The notes beneath the pieces were generated by a model. That model did not search any database and was not told where the DNA came from. It saw only the letters and a list, made by a program, of their open reading frames with translations. A DNA stretch of 59,484 nt, from assembly GCA_036507075.1 (NCBI GenBank), contig DASXQR010000069.1:1-59484 (forward strand), in the 5' to 3' direction. Both the position numbers and the translations under genes were made by a program. Below, one piece after another: positions 30,643-39,380 of the stretch. The stretch is from Acidobacteriota bacterium. GTDB taxonomy: Bacteria > Acidobacteriota > UBA6911 > JACQSX01. The first letter of the stretch is position 1. The number at the start of each line of letters is the position of its first letter.

Positions 30643-31368
30643 ATGCGCTCCCTTCGCGCTCCTCGCGCCTTGGCGGTAAATGTTGCGACGATTTCACTAC
30701 TGGCTGGTTCATTACTGCAAGGTGAAATCGTCGATCGTGTGGCAGCCGTGGTCAACAATCGGGTGATTACTTTAAGTGATGTCGAATGGAGCTTTATCAA
30801 CACCGGCAAATCCGTACCTGCCGACGCAGCAGAGAAAAAAAAAGCATTCGACGAAGCGCTGAGCCTGCTGATCGAGCAGGAATTGATCGCGCAGGAAGTG
30901 GAGAAAGAACCGCTCTTTACTCTGCGAGAGGAGGAAGTTGAAGCGGAATTGGCCAAAATAACCGCCCGGTACGGAAGCGCCGAAAAGTTTCAAACCAGCT
31001 TGAAACAGAGCGGCCTGACTGCAGAACAGCTCCGGGTAATGATCCGTCGCCAGCTGAGCGTGCTGAAATTCATCGATGTTCGATTTCGCCCTTTTATAAT
31101 CATTCTGCCCGATGAAGTATCCGCCTACTATGAGAAGACATTGATTCCCGACTTGAAAAAACAGGGGATCACTGCCCCTCCGCCACTGGAAAAAGTTTAT
31201 GACCAGATTGAGAAACTGCTGATCGAGCAAAAAGTCGACCAGGAGCTGGACAAATGGCTGGCATCCGCGCGGAAGCGCGCCAGGATCGTGATTCTCTTGT
31301 TTCGTGAGCAGTCTCCTAACATGCCGCCTGAGAAATGGATTAAGAAGAAAAAAGAGTTTTTGAATTGA
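30643..31368 (+). CDS. SurA N-terminal-domain periplasmic chaperone
   Basis: Signal peptide then EIVDRVAAVVNNRVITLSDV; C-terminal WLASARKRARI. Confidence 0.85.
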   Translation: MRSLRAPRALAVNVATISLLAGSLLQGEIVDRVAAVVNNRVITLSDVEWSFINTGKSVPADAAEKKKAFDEALSLLIEQELIAQEVEKEPLFTLREEEVEAELAKITARYGSAEKFQTSLKQSGLTAEQLRVMIRRQLSVLKFIDVRFRPFIIILPDEVSAYYEKTLIPDLKKQGITAPPPLEKVYDQIEKLLIEQKVDQELDKWLASARKRARIVILLFREQSPNMPPEKWIKKKKEFLN

Positions 31369-31371
31369 AAG

Positions 31372-31812
31372 ATGAGAGCAGTGATACAGCGCGTCTCGCG
31401 CGCCAAGTGCAGTGTGAACGGAGCGGTCACCGGAGAGATCGGGCTCGGGTTTGTCGTACTGCTGGGGGTGGGTCGCGACGACAGCGATGCTGATGTGGAA
31501 TTTCTCGCCAACAAAATTATCAACCTGCGTGTGTTTGAGGATCTCGCGGGGAAAATGAATCTCAGCTTGAAAGACGCCGGGGGAAGCCTGCTTCTGATTT
31601 CCCAGTTCACCCTCTATGGGGATGCGCGTAAGGGAAACCGCCCGTCGTTTATCGACGCCGCTCCTGCCGAAGTTGCCGAGCGCTACTACGCCAAAATGGC
31701 CAGCCGCCTCGCCGCGGAGGCCCCCGTTCAAACCGGGATTTTTCAAGCCATGATGGACATCGAACTGGTAAATACAGGCCCTGTGACGATCCTGTTGGAC
31801 AGCAAGAGTTGA
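31372..31812 (+). CDS. dtd: D-aminoacyl-tRNA deacylase
   Basis: MRAVIQRV, SQFTL, KGNRPSF, NTGPVT. Confidence 0.97.
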   Translation: MRAVIQRVSRAKCSVNGAVTGEIGLGFVVLLGVGRDDSDADVEFLANKIINLRVFEDLAGKMNLSLKDAGGSLLLISQFTLYGDARKGNRPSFIDAAPAEVAERYYAKMASRLAAEAPVQTGIFQAMMDIELVNTGPVTILLDSKS

Positions 31813-31813
31813 G

Positions 31814-31895
31814 CACGAATTACACGAATTTCACGAATTTCACGAAGTTATTAATTAAAGATTCGTGAAATTCGTGTAATTCGTGAAATTCGTGA
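31814..31895. repeat. Fold-back element, family C, filling the gap between convergent genes
   Basis: Four CACGAATT-type units facing four ATTCGTG units around an AT-rich loop. Confidence 0.92.
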
Positions 31896-33077
31896 TCACA
31901 AGATGCACACCAACTCGCGTTGCACCGGCTGGGTGGTGACGGTCGGACCGTGATCGCGATCCATGTAAACATTGATCTCGGTGCGCACCCCGAATTCGGG
32001 AAGATATATTCCCGGCTCGATCGAAAAGCAAACCCCCGGAATAATCTCTCTTTCATCCCGGGTTTCAAGGTTGTCCATGTTTACACCGTTGCCGTGGTCC
32101 TTCTCCCCGATTGAGTGCCCGGTTCGATGGATAAAGTACTCGGCCAGGCCCGCGTCGGCGATCACATTGCGCACTACGTCATCCACTTCCCACCCATGAG
32201 TCTTTTCTTTCCGGGCCCAGCGGCGCTCGAGAAACTCGACACCCGCGTCGCGAGCGCGTGCATCCAAATCAAAGATCTGTTTCTGCCGTGCTCCCGGCGC
32301 GGCATCCAGAACGCCCATCCAGGTGATGTCTGCGAATACTGCTCCCCGCTCCGATTCCTTGCCCCATAGATCTATCAGCAAAATATCACCGTGCTTTCCG
32401 ACCTTCGAGTTTTCCCGTGACGGAGAGAAATGTGGATTACTTGCGTTCTCATTGAAGGCCACAATCGGCGGGTGATCGAAAACAAGCTCATTCTCCGCGA
32501 AAAGCCTGACCATCTCCTGCTGGATGGAAAACTCATCAACCTTCGCCTCCCAGAACCGTCGGGCCACCCAGGCAAAGGTCTGCTCCACGATGCGGTGAAG
32601 CTTTTGCGCAGACCTGCGGTGCATCTCCAGTTGCGCCGGGGACCAGACCGCCTGGAACTTTTGCACCAGATCGGCGGAAGTCACCACGTTACCTCCGCAT
32701 TTCCGCACCAGGTCCAGGATCCCTCCATCGACGCGCGACACGTAAGGAATTGAGCTGTCCGGAGAATACTGCATCGCCACAGTGGGCGCCGACTGCAGCA
32801 GGGTGCGGAGTTGCTCGTGCAGCTCGCGCCATGCCGAATATTCCATGGTTTCGCCCGGTAAAACGGCAAGCGCTTCTCTTTCCACGCGATTTACCAGCTT
32901 GACCGGTTGTCCTGACGCAGGAATCAGATAAAACCATCGCCGTGAATAGAGCCGGTCTTTGGGTAACTCGAGCACGTCAATTGCGATGGGATCAACATCA
33001 TGGAAACCATAAAAAAGCCAGCCATTGATTCCCGCAGCCGCAACCTCAGATTGGATTTTGGAAATATCGAGTGGCAT
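31896..33077 (-). CDS. M24 family metallopeptidase (Xaa-Pro peptidase-like)
   Basis: ADITW, HRTGHSIG, SIEPGIY, GVRTE; ATG at 33077 with GGGAGG RBS. Confidence 0.92.
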   Translation of the reverse strand: MPLDISKIQSEVAAAGINGWLFYGFHDVDPIAIDVLELPKDRLYSRRWFYLIPASGQPVKLVNRVEREALAVLPGETMEYSAWRELHEQLRTLLQSAPTVAMQYSPDSSIPYVSRVDGGILDLVRKCGGNVVTSADLVQKFQAVWSPAQLEMHRRSAQKLHRIVEQTFAWVARRFWEAKVDEFSIQQEMVRLFAENELVFDHPPIVAFNENASNPHFSPSRENSKVGKHGDILLIDLWGKESERGAVFADITWMGVLDAAPGARQKQIFDLDARARDAGVEFLERRWARKEKTHGWEVDDVVRNVIADAGLAEYFIHRTGHSIGEKDHGNGVNMDNLETRDEREIIPGVCFSIEPGIYLPEFGVRTEINVYMDRDHGPTVTTQPVQRELVCIL

Positions 33078-33110
33078 CAAGTCCTCCCATTGTTGCTCAG
33101 TTTGGGGGAT

Positions 33111-33266
33111 TTCCACCACAAAGACACGAAGAACACAAAGTTAGACGCCGGGCAGGCAGGGGCCGGTCAGCTTCTGAAAGTGAATCGTGACGGCAAGTTT
33201 CTGAAGCTGACCGGCCCCTGCCTGCCCGGCGTCTCGCTTCGTGTCCTTTGTGTCTTTGTGGTGGAA
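33111..33266. repeat. Fold-back element, family I (CACCACAAAGACAC arms) with perfect 32-bp inner inverted repeat
   Basis: 33143-33174 AGACGCCGGGCAGGCAGGGGCCGGTCAGCTTC is the exact reverse complement of 33203-33234. Confidence 0.93.
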
Positions 33267-33296
33267 GTTTTCATGCCCAAACTCCGCAACTTTGGC

Positions 33297-34055
33297 CTAG
33301 TAATTCGTCGCCCAGCGCAGCCTTCCCGGGTTTCCGGACTGCAGCCGGCGATACTGCTCCACGATGCAGGAACGCACCTCTTCCACAAGCCGGTCCTTAT
33401 CTTTCAGAGTAACGTCGGACGGCTCTATCAGGCGTCCTACAGAAAGATCGATTTCACCGGGCGAGATCAGCATTGAACCCTTGGGAAGAACAAAACGGGA
33501 GCCGTAGACGGCTAGTGGCATAACCGGAACGCCCGAGGCCACGGATAATCTCAGGCTTCCTTTTCGAAAGGCGCCGACCTCACCTGTTTCCGACCGGGAG
33601 CCTTCGGGAAAAATGAGCACAGAAGTTCCGCTTCGGACACGCTCGGCGGCCGACTGGAAGCTGGCATAAGCGGCGCGGGCGTTGCTCCTATCCACCGGCA
33701 GATGACCCGCCCGGCGCAGATGCCACCCAAGAAACGGGACGCGGAAAAGAGATTCTTTTGCAAAAAAGCGAAAGGGAACGGGAATGCCGGCAAGAATGGC
33801 GAAGATATCGAAGAAACTCTGATGATTGCAGGCAAAGATATAAGGGCCCGCGCCAATTCTTTCCAGGCCCGCAACTCGAATCGTTACTCCGGAAATCCAC
33901 AGGATAAAACGCGCCCAGATTCTGGCACAACCATGCTGCAGCCTTCCCTCTTTATCAAAGAAAGAAACAATCAGGGAGACGACCGCCATCGCCGCCGTCC
34001 AGAGCAGTATCACCGGCACCAGAATAAACGCGCGCAATAGATAAAGGATTTTCAT
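33297..34055 (-). CDS. plsC: 1-acyl-sn-glycerol-3-phosphate acyltransferase (PlsC family)
   Basis: NHQSFFD, AKESL, IFPEGSRS. Confidence 0.9.
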   Translation of the reverse strand: MKILYLLRAFILVPVILLWTAAMAVVSLIVSFFDKEGRLQHGCARIWARFILWISGVTIRVAGLERIGAGPYIFACNHQSFFDIFAILAGIPVPFRFFAKESLFRVPFLGWHLRRAGHLPVDRSNARAAYASFQSAAERVRSGTSVLIFPEGSRSETGEVGAFRKGSLRLSVASGVPVMPLAVYGSRFVLPKGSMLISPGEIDLSVGRLIEPSDVTLKDKDRLVEEVRSCIVEQYRRLQSGNPGRLRWATNY

Positions 34056-34585
34056 TCCACAATCTGCCCGGACCGTTCGTTGGCAAGCCAGAGCAAGCCA
34101 ATAACCGTTTTGGCGTCCCGAATCTCACCTCGGCTGATCATCCGTATCGCTTCGCTCAAGCTGTAATATTCCACGCGGATCTCCTCATCCCATTCCAATG
34201 ATTGAATGGATGATTCCACCGATACTGCGACGAAAATGTGCAGCACTTCGTCGGAGTATCCCGGCGAGGGAAGAAACTCGCCGATCTTGCGCAAAGCAGA
34301 AGGGCGAAAACCGGTCTCTTCCTCCAACTCCCGCCGTGCGGCCTCCATCGGATCTTCCTGTTCGTCAAGTTTGCCGGCCGGGAGTTCCAGCACTTCCGAA
34401 TCCAGCGGATACCGCAGTTGCCGAACAAACAGGATCCGGCCTTCAATTTCTGCGAGTACCGCCACTCCACCGGGGTGGCGCACGATTTCGCGCGTCTTTT
34501 CTCTTCCATCTCCCGCCTGCACACGCTCAATCTCAAGGTCCAGGATTTTGCCGCTGTAAACCTTCCGGTGCTCAATAATTTTCAT
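34052..34585 (-). CDS. NUDIX hydrolase (ADP-ribose pyrophosphatase-like)
   Basis: ELPAGKLD...AARRELEEETG Nudix box, SPGYSDE, DAKT. Confidence 0.92.
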   Translation of the reverse strand: MKIIEHRKVYSGKILDLEIERVQAGDGREKTREIVRHPGGVAVLAEIEGRILFVRQLRYPLDSEVLELPAGKLDEQEDPMEAARRELEEETGFRPSALRKIGEFLPSPGYSDEVLHIFVAVSVESSIQSLEWDEEIRVEYYSLSEAIRMISRGEIRDAKTVIGLLWLANERSGQIVE

Positions 34586-34766
34586 TCAATATCCTTTGAA
34601 TCAACTCGCTCGACTTTTCCCTCAAGAATACAATACACGTGTCAAGGTGGAAACTCGTTACATTCCCGGTTGGCGACCGCCAAGACACCCAGCCTGCGGC
34701 TACCGGTTGTTGCGCGGACCAACTCCCCTCTGATAACTTGCCACTTCTAACCTGCCACTTGAACGT

Positions 34767-37400
34767 ATGCGTGTTTTTTTCGTGGATGGAATGTCCAATA
34801 TATATCGGGCGTACTACGCCATCCGCGGCTTGTCCAACAAGAAGGGCTTCCCCACTAACGCTATTTACGGCTTCACCACGATGCTCAAGAAGCTCATTCA
34901 AGACGAGAAGCCGGATTACATCGGAGTGGCTGTCGACCTTGAAGGCAGAACAGTACGGCATGACACTTATGGCGGCTACAAGGCGACGCGCAAACCGATG
35001 CCCGACGATCTTGTGGTGCAGGTACCCTACATTCTGAAGGTGTGCGCCGCGCTTCGAATACCGGTTCTTTCCTACGAAAGCTACGAGGCCGATGATGTGA
35101 TTGGCACGCTGGCGCGCAGGGCGTCCGAACAGGGGATGACTGCGGTGATCGCCACCATCGACAAGGACATGATGCAACTGGTCAATGAGCGCGTCCTGGT
35201 TCTCGACACACGAGACTACACTTACGTGGATGCGAAGAAGGTGGAGGAAAAGATGGGAGTTCCGCCGGAAAAGATGGTGGAACTGCTGGGACTCTGGGGT
35301 GACACGTCCGACAACATTCCCGGAGCTCCGGGCATCGGGGAAAAAGGCGCGCAGCAGTTGATTCAACAGTATGGCACCATCGAAAATCTGCTCGATCATG
35401 CAGGCGAAATATCGCGCAAGGCCTATCGCGAGAGCCTGCTGCAGAATCGCGAACTGATTCTCACCAGCAAGAACCTGGTCACAATCCATACCAGTCTGCC
35501 GCTGGAACTGAATCTGGAAGCATTGCGCGTCAAGGATGCGGACAGGGCCGCGGCGATGGAGCTCTTTTCCGAGCTGGAATTCACTGCATTCCTGAAAGAG
35601 TACGCGCAGGCCCCCGCTCCGGCACCGCAGGCCGGCATCGACTACGGGTCTGTCTCCTCTCTTGAGGAACTTCATTCCATATTTGAAGCGGCAAAACAAA
35701 GGGACCGGGCGGCGCTTTCGCTTCTCTATGACGCCGACAATTACCTCGACTCGCAGATCCTTGGCATGGGTATTTCGCTGGAGCCCTACAAAGCGCGCGC
35801 GATTACGGTTTCCCGGCTCGCCGATTGGCGGGACACAATCGGAGAGTTCCTGCGCGATCCTTCCATAACCAAGGTTTTCCACGACGTAAAACCGGTGCTG
35901 CTGGTGCTGGAAAACTCCGGCTTTGAAGCGCCCGAAAACTATTACGACACCATGCTTGCCGCCTACCTCCTCAACCCCAACCAGAGCAACTTCGGCATTG
36001 ACAAACTGTCGCTGGAGTATCTGCAGCATCAAGTCAATGAACCCTGCCTGGATTCGACGGCGTTTCCCACCTACGCGGAGTCATTGTGCGTGCAGGTGGC
36101 CTGTGAGATTGCCGACATCACCGGACAACTGCAGGCCCGCCTGGCGCCTGAAATCCATGCGCGCGGAACGGAAGGGCTGCGCAGGTTATACAACGAGATA
36201 GAACTGCCTCTGGTACCGGTGCTGGCCGCAGTCGAGCGGCACGGTGTGAAGATCGACAGCCAAATGTTTGAGCGCATGTCGGCAGAGATGGACCAGGAAA
36301 TACAGCGGCTGACCGGACGGATCTATGAACTGGCGGGACAGGAATTCAATATCAATTCTCCAAAGCAACTGGGCGAAATCCTCTTCGACAAGCTGAATAT
36401 TCCTTCTCTAAAAAAGACAAAAAAATCGAGGACCTATTCCACCGGAGTGGAAGTACTGGAGCAGCTCGCCGAAGAATACGAAATTCCACGCCTGATCCTG
36501 GATTACCGCGAATTGACGAAGCTAAAGTCCACCTACCTGGACGTTTTGCCCAAACTGGTTCGCCCCCATAGCGGGCGAATCCATACCCGTTACAACCAGA
36601 TGGCGGCGGCCACCGGGCGTCTTTCCAGCAGCGATCCGAACCTTCAGAACGTTCCCATCAAAGGCGAGCGTGGAAAGAAAATCCGTGGAGGCTTCATTGC
36701 CGGCGACGGAAACGTGCTGGTGACGGCTGATTACTCACAGATTGAGCTTCGCGTAATGGCCCATCTTTCCGGGGATCCGGTTCTACTTGATGCATTCCAA
36801 AAAGGGGAAGACATCCACCAGCGGACGGCTGTGGAAGTATTCGGCGAGAAGGCCGGCGAGAATCCCGCCCATTACCGCCGCCTGGCCAAGGTCTTTAATT
36901 TCGGGATCATGTATGGTTTAAGCGCATTCGGTCTGTCGCGCGATTTAAAGATTCCCCGTGGTGAGTCACAGGCTTTCATTCAGAACTATTTCACGCGCTA
37001 TGCCGGAGTAAAGAAGTGGCTTGATGCCACGATTGAGTTTGCGCGCGAGCATGGTTATGTGGAAACGATGTTTGGGCGGGTCCGGCAGATTCCCGAGATC
37101 AACAACCGAAACTGGAATGTGGCGGGGTTTGCAGAACGCACCGCCATCAATGCGCCCATTCAAGGCTCGGCCGCCGATTTGATCAAGATCGCGATGATAC
37201 GAATTCACCGCCGTCTTGAATCGGAGGGCTTTCGCTCGCGCATGATTCTGCAGGTTCACGACGAGTTGGTGTTTGAAGGCCCGGCCGAGGAATCCGAGCG
37301 GCTCTCAAAGCTGGTGCAGCAGGAGATGGAAAATGTCTATCCGCTTGCAGTTCCACTCAAAGCCGAAGCGCACATAGGAAAGGCATGGGTGAAGGATTAG
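34767..37400 (+). CDS. polA: DNA polymerase I
   Basis: 5'-3' exonuclease (YEADDVIGT, GDTSDNIPG), TGRLSSSDPNLQN, DYSQIELR, LQVHDELVFE. Confidence 0.98.
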   Translation: MRVFFVDGMSNIYRAYYAIRGLSNKKGFPTNAIYGFTTMLKKLIQDEKPDYIGVAVDLEGRTVRHDTYGGYKATRKPMPDDLVVQVPYILKVCAALRIPVLSYESYEADDVIGTLARRASEQGMTAVIATIDKDMMQLVNERVLVLDTRDYTYVDAKKVEEKMGVPPEKMVELLGLWGDTSDNIPGAPGIGEKGAQQLIQQYGTIENLLDHAGEISRKAYRESLLQNRELILTSKNLVTIHTSLPLELNLEALRVKDADRAAAMELFSELEFTAFLKEYAQAPAPAPQAGIDYGSVSSLEELHSIFEAAKQRDRAALSLLYDADNYLDSQILGMGISLEPYKARAITVSRLADWRDTIGEFLRDPSITKVFHDVKPVLLVLENSGFEAPENYYDTMLAAYLLNPNQSNFGIDKLSLEYLQHQVNEPCLDSTAFPTYAESLCVQVACEIADITGQLQARLAPEIHARGTEGLRRLYNEIELPLVPVLAAVERHGVKIDSQMFERMSAEMDQEIQRLTGRIYELAGQEFNINSPKQLGEILFDKLNIPSLKKTKKSRTYSTGVEVLEQLAEEYEIPRLILDYRELTKLKSTYLDVLPKLVRPHSGRIHTRYNQMAAATGRLSSSDPNLQNVPIKGERGKKIRGGFIAGDGNVLVTADYSQIELRVMAHLSGDPVLLDAFQKGEDIHQRTAVEVFGEKAGENPAHYRRLAKVFNFGIMYGLSAFGLSRDLKIPRGESQAFIQNYFTRYAGVKKWLDATIEFAREHGYVETMFGRVRQIPEINNRNWNVAGFAERTAINAPIQGSAADLIKIAMIRIHRRLESEGFRSRMILQVHDELVFEGPAEESERLSKLVQQEMENVYPLAVPLKAEAHIGKAWVKD

Positions 37401-37741
37401 ATCGCCTGCAGCTCCTTTTTGTCCATCGGATAATTGGCTTTCTGCCAGGCTTGGAATCCGCCGTGCAGTGGATGTGCCCGGAAGCCTTTCTCCTGGAGGA
37501 TTTGCGCCACACGGGCGCTGGAATGCTCGTTTGGTCAGGTGCAGTAGGTGATGATCGTGCGCCCTTTGGGGATCTCACTCAGGTGGGCCTCTACTTCATC
37601 GGCCGGAACGCGAATCGCGCCGGGTAACTTTTCATCCGATTCCTCCCAATCCTTGGGACTCCTTGAATCCACAAAAACCAACATTTCTCCACGATCCATT
37701 CGCTGTTTGATCTCATCCGCTGTAACTCGCGTGACTTCCAT
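37397..37741 (-). CDS. Rhodanese-domain protein with in-frame UGA, probable selenoprotein (114 aa, Sec69)
   Basis: Reads IITYCT-UGA-PNEHSSARVAQILQEKGFRAHPLHGGFQAWQKANYP to TAA at 37397; the part after UGA completes the rhodanese fold. Confidence 0.85.
37504..37518 (-). promoter_or_regulatory. Putative bacterial SECIS hairpin
   Basis: GCGCC-CGUGU-GGCGC starting 16 nt 3' of the UGA, with GU near the start of the loop. Confidence 0.7.
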
Positions 37742-37787
37742 AGAGCACCTCGCTTCCTTCAATGTATCATCGACTAAAAGCTGCAGC

Positions 37788-37985
37788 ACGCGAAGCACGG
37801 AGCCACGTCCCGAAAGGGCGTGGCAGGACCAAAGAAGTCGGCTGGCACGGATCGCGCCGCCTCTTCACGATGCCGTCCAATCGGAAAAAGTTTCCTTGCC
37901 GACATCTGGCAAATCTTCCAGGTCAGCGAGCCGACTCACATGGATTCCGCCACGCCCTTGCGGGATGTGGCTCTGTGCTTCGCGT
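37788..37985. repeat. Inverted REP-like pair (family R3), copy 1
   Basis: ACGCGAAGCACGGAGCCACGTCCCGAAAGGGCGTGGC / GCCACGCCCTTGCGGGATGTGGCTCTGTGCTTCGCGT. Confidence 0.88.
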
Positions 37986-38172
37986 CTTGCTCCGATAGCC
38001 CATCGAAGGCCACATGATCGCCAAATCGGCAGGACAACCGGCCTGGATGCCTCAAATTTCTGGTTCTGCGTGACTTTCGGTACCGTTTTGAGTCAAAATT
38101 CTGGAACACGGGACCTCCTCTATCGTAGTAAATAGAGCAGGCGAAAAGCTTGTTAAAGACCGGACAGGGCGG

Positions 38173-38877
38173 ATGATCCACGAGCAGGCACTTCCGAGAC
38201 CTTTTGGCCAAAAAGAATCGGTAGCACGGGAGGCGTCTGCGCGCCTCACGGATAATGACCTGATCGTGGAGTTTCTCAACGGGAACCAGGCCGCATTCCC
38301 GCAAATCGTGTCGCGCTACAAAGACCCGATCATCAACTATGTCTATTCGATGATCAACGACTACGACATGGCGGTAGACCTGGCGCAGGAAACATTTATT
38401 CGCGTCTATCAGAACGCCGCCCGTTACGAACGTAAGTACCAGTTTTCTACCTGGATTTACCGGATTGCGACGAATCTGGCGATCGACGAGCTGAGGAATA
38501 GAAAAAGGCGGGGTCGTTTTTTCTTTATGAATATTTTCCCCAACTACGAAAAGGACGATATCCCTCTTGAAATCTCAGACGGCAAACCCGGGCAGCACGA
38601 GGCTCTGGAAGGACGTGAACTGGGTCGGGCCCTGGCGCAGGCGATTTCGTGCCTGCCGCATAAGTACAGAACCGTTTTTGTGCTTAAGGAAGTGCAGGAA
38701 CTTTCGTACCAGGAAATCGCCGCCATTTTGAAATCTTCCGAAGGAACGATCAAATCCCGCCTGCATCGAGCCAAGATGCTGCTGCGGGAAAAGCTCATGC
38801 ATGTAGCCCGCAAACCGGAGAATATCGCCGCTTCGGTAAAACGTGCGAATAATCCATGCAATGAATTCGAATTATGA
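38173..38877 (+). CDS. ECF sigma-70 factor
   Basis: DLAQETFIR, FSTWIYRIATN, LSYQEIA, GTIKSRLHRAK. Confidence 0.95.
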   Translation: MIHEQALPRPFGQKESVAREASARLTDNDLIVEFLNGNQAAFPQIVSRYKDPIINYVYSMINDYDMAVDLAQETFIRVYQNAARYERKYQFSTWIYRIATNLAIDELRNRKRRGRFFFMNIFPNYEKDDIPLEISDGKPGQHEALEGRELGRALAQAISCLPHKYRTVFVLKEVQELSYQEIAAILKSSEGTIKSRLHRAKMLLREKLMHVARKPENIAASVKRANNPCNEFEL

Positions 38878-39380
38878 ATTGCAAAGATTTTGAAGTCAGG
38901 TTGCAGTCATTTCTGGATAAAGATTCCAGCGACAGCGAGCGCGTTCAGATGGAGTTGCACCTTAAAAACTGCCCTGAATGCGCCGCGCTGAAGCGTGACC
39001 TTGAATTGTTGGAAGACCTCGCGCATACCGAGCTGAGGGTGAAGGCTCCGGCTGATTTTGATCATCTGATACAAAAGCGCATCGGCGGCTGCGTGCCGAG
39101 ACGCTGGGTATTGCCGCTGGCCTGGAGCACGGCGGCGGCGCTCGCTTTCACATTGATTTTCTTCTTCAACATGATCCCTGAGTTCCACAGTCAGGAACGC
39201 TCTAATTCACAGCAGGTCCAACCGGCCCCGGTGGTCTTACCCGGGGATCCGGATACCCCTGGCATGCACGTGTTCGTTCCGGGAGAACAAAGAGGCATCC
39301 TGGTGCGGGTTCCGACAACGGTTAGAATCACTCACACTCAGCTGACTCAGGACTTCTTCTTGAGCGAGGTCAGCCATTGA
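38874..39380 (+). CDS. Zinc-finger (zf-HC2) membrane anti-sigma factor
   Basis: HLKNCPEC motif plus one transmembrane helix; ATGA overlap with the sigma gene. Confidence 0.88.
   Translation: MNCKDFEVRLQSFLDKDSSDSERVQMELHLKNCPECAALKRDLELLEDLAHTELRVKAPADFDHLIQKRIGGCVPRRWVLPLAWSTAAALAFTLIFFFNMIPEFHSQERSNSQQVQPAPVVLPGDPDTPGMHVFVPGEQRGILVRVPTTVRITHTQLTQDFFLSEVSH

Noticed and set aside
34636..34762. Possible CCACTT/AAGTGG repeat element before polA
   Set aside because: Too degenerate to define paired arms; the AACTCG-like traces near 12482-12526 were dropped for the same reason.
37535..37798. Truncated rhodanese or pseudogene call
   Set aside because: The frame stays open and domain-like past the UGA and a SECIS-like hairpin is present, so selenocysteine readthrough fits better.
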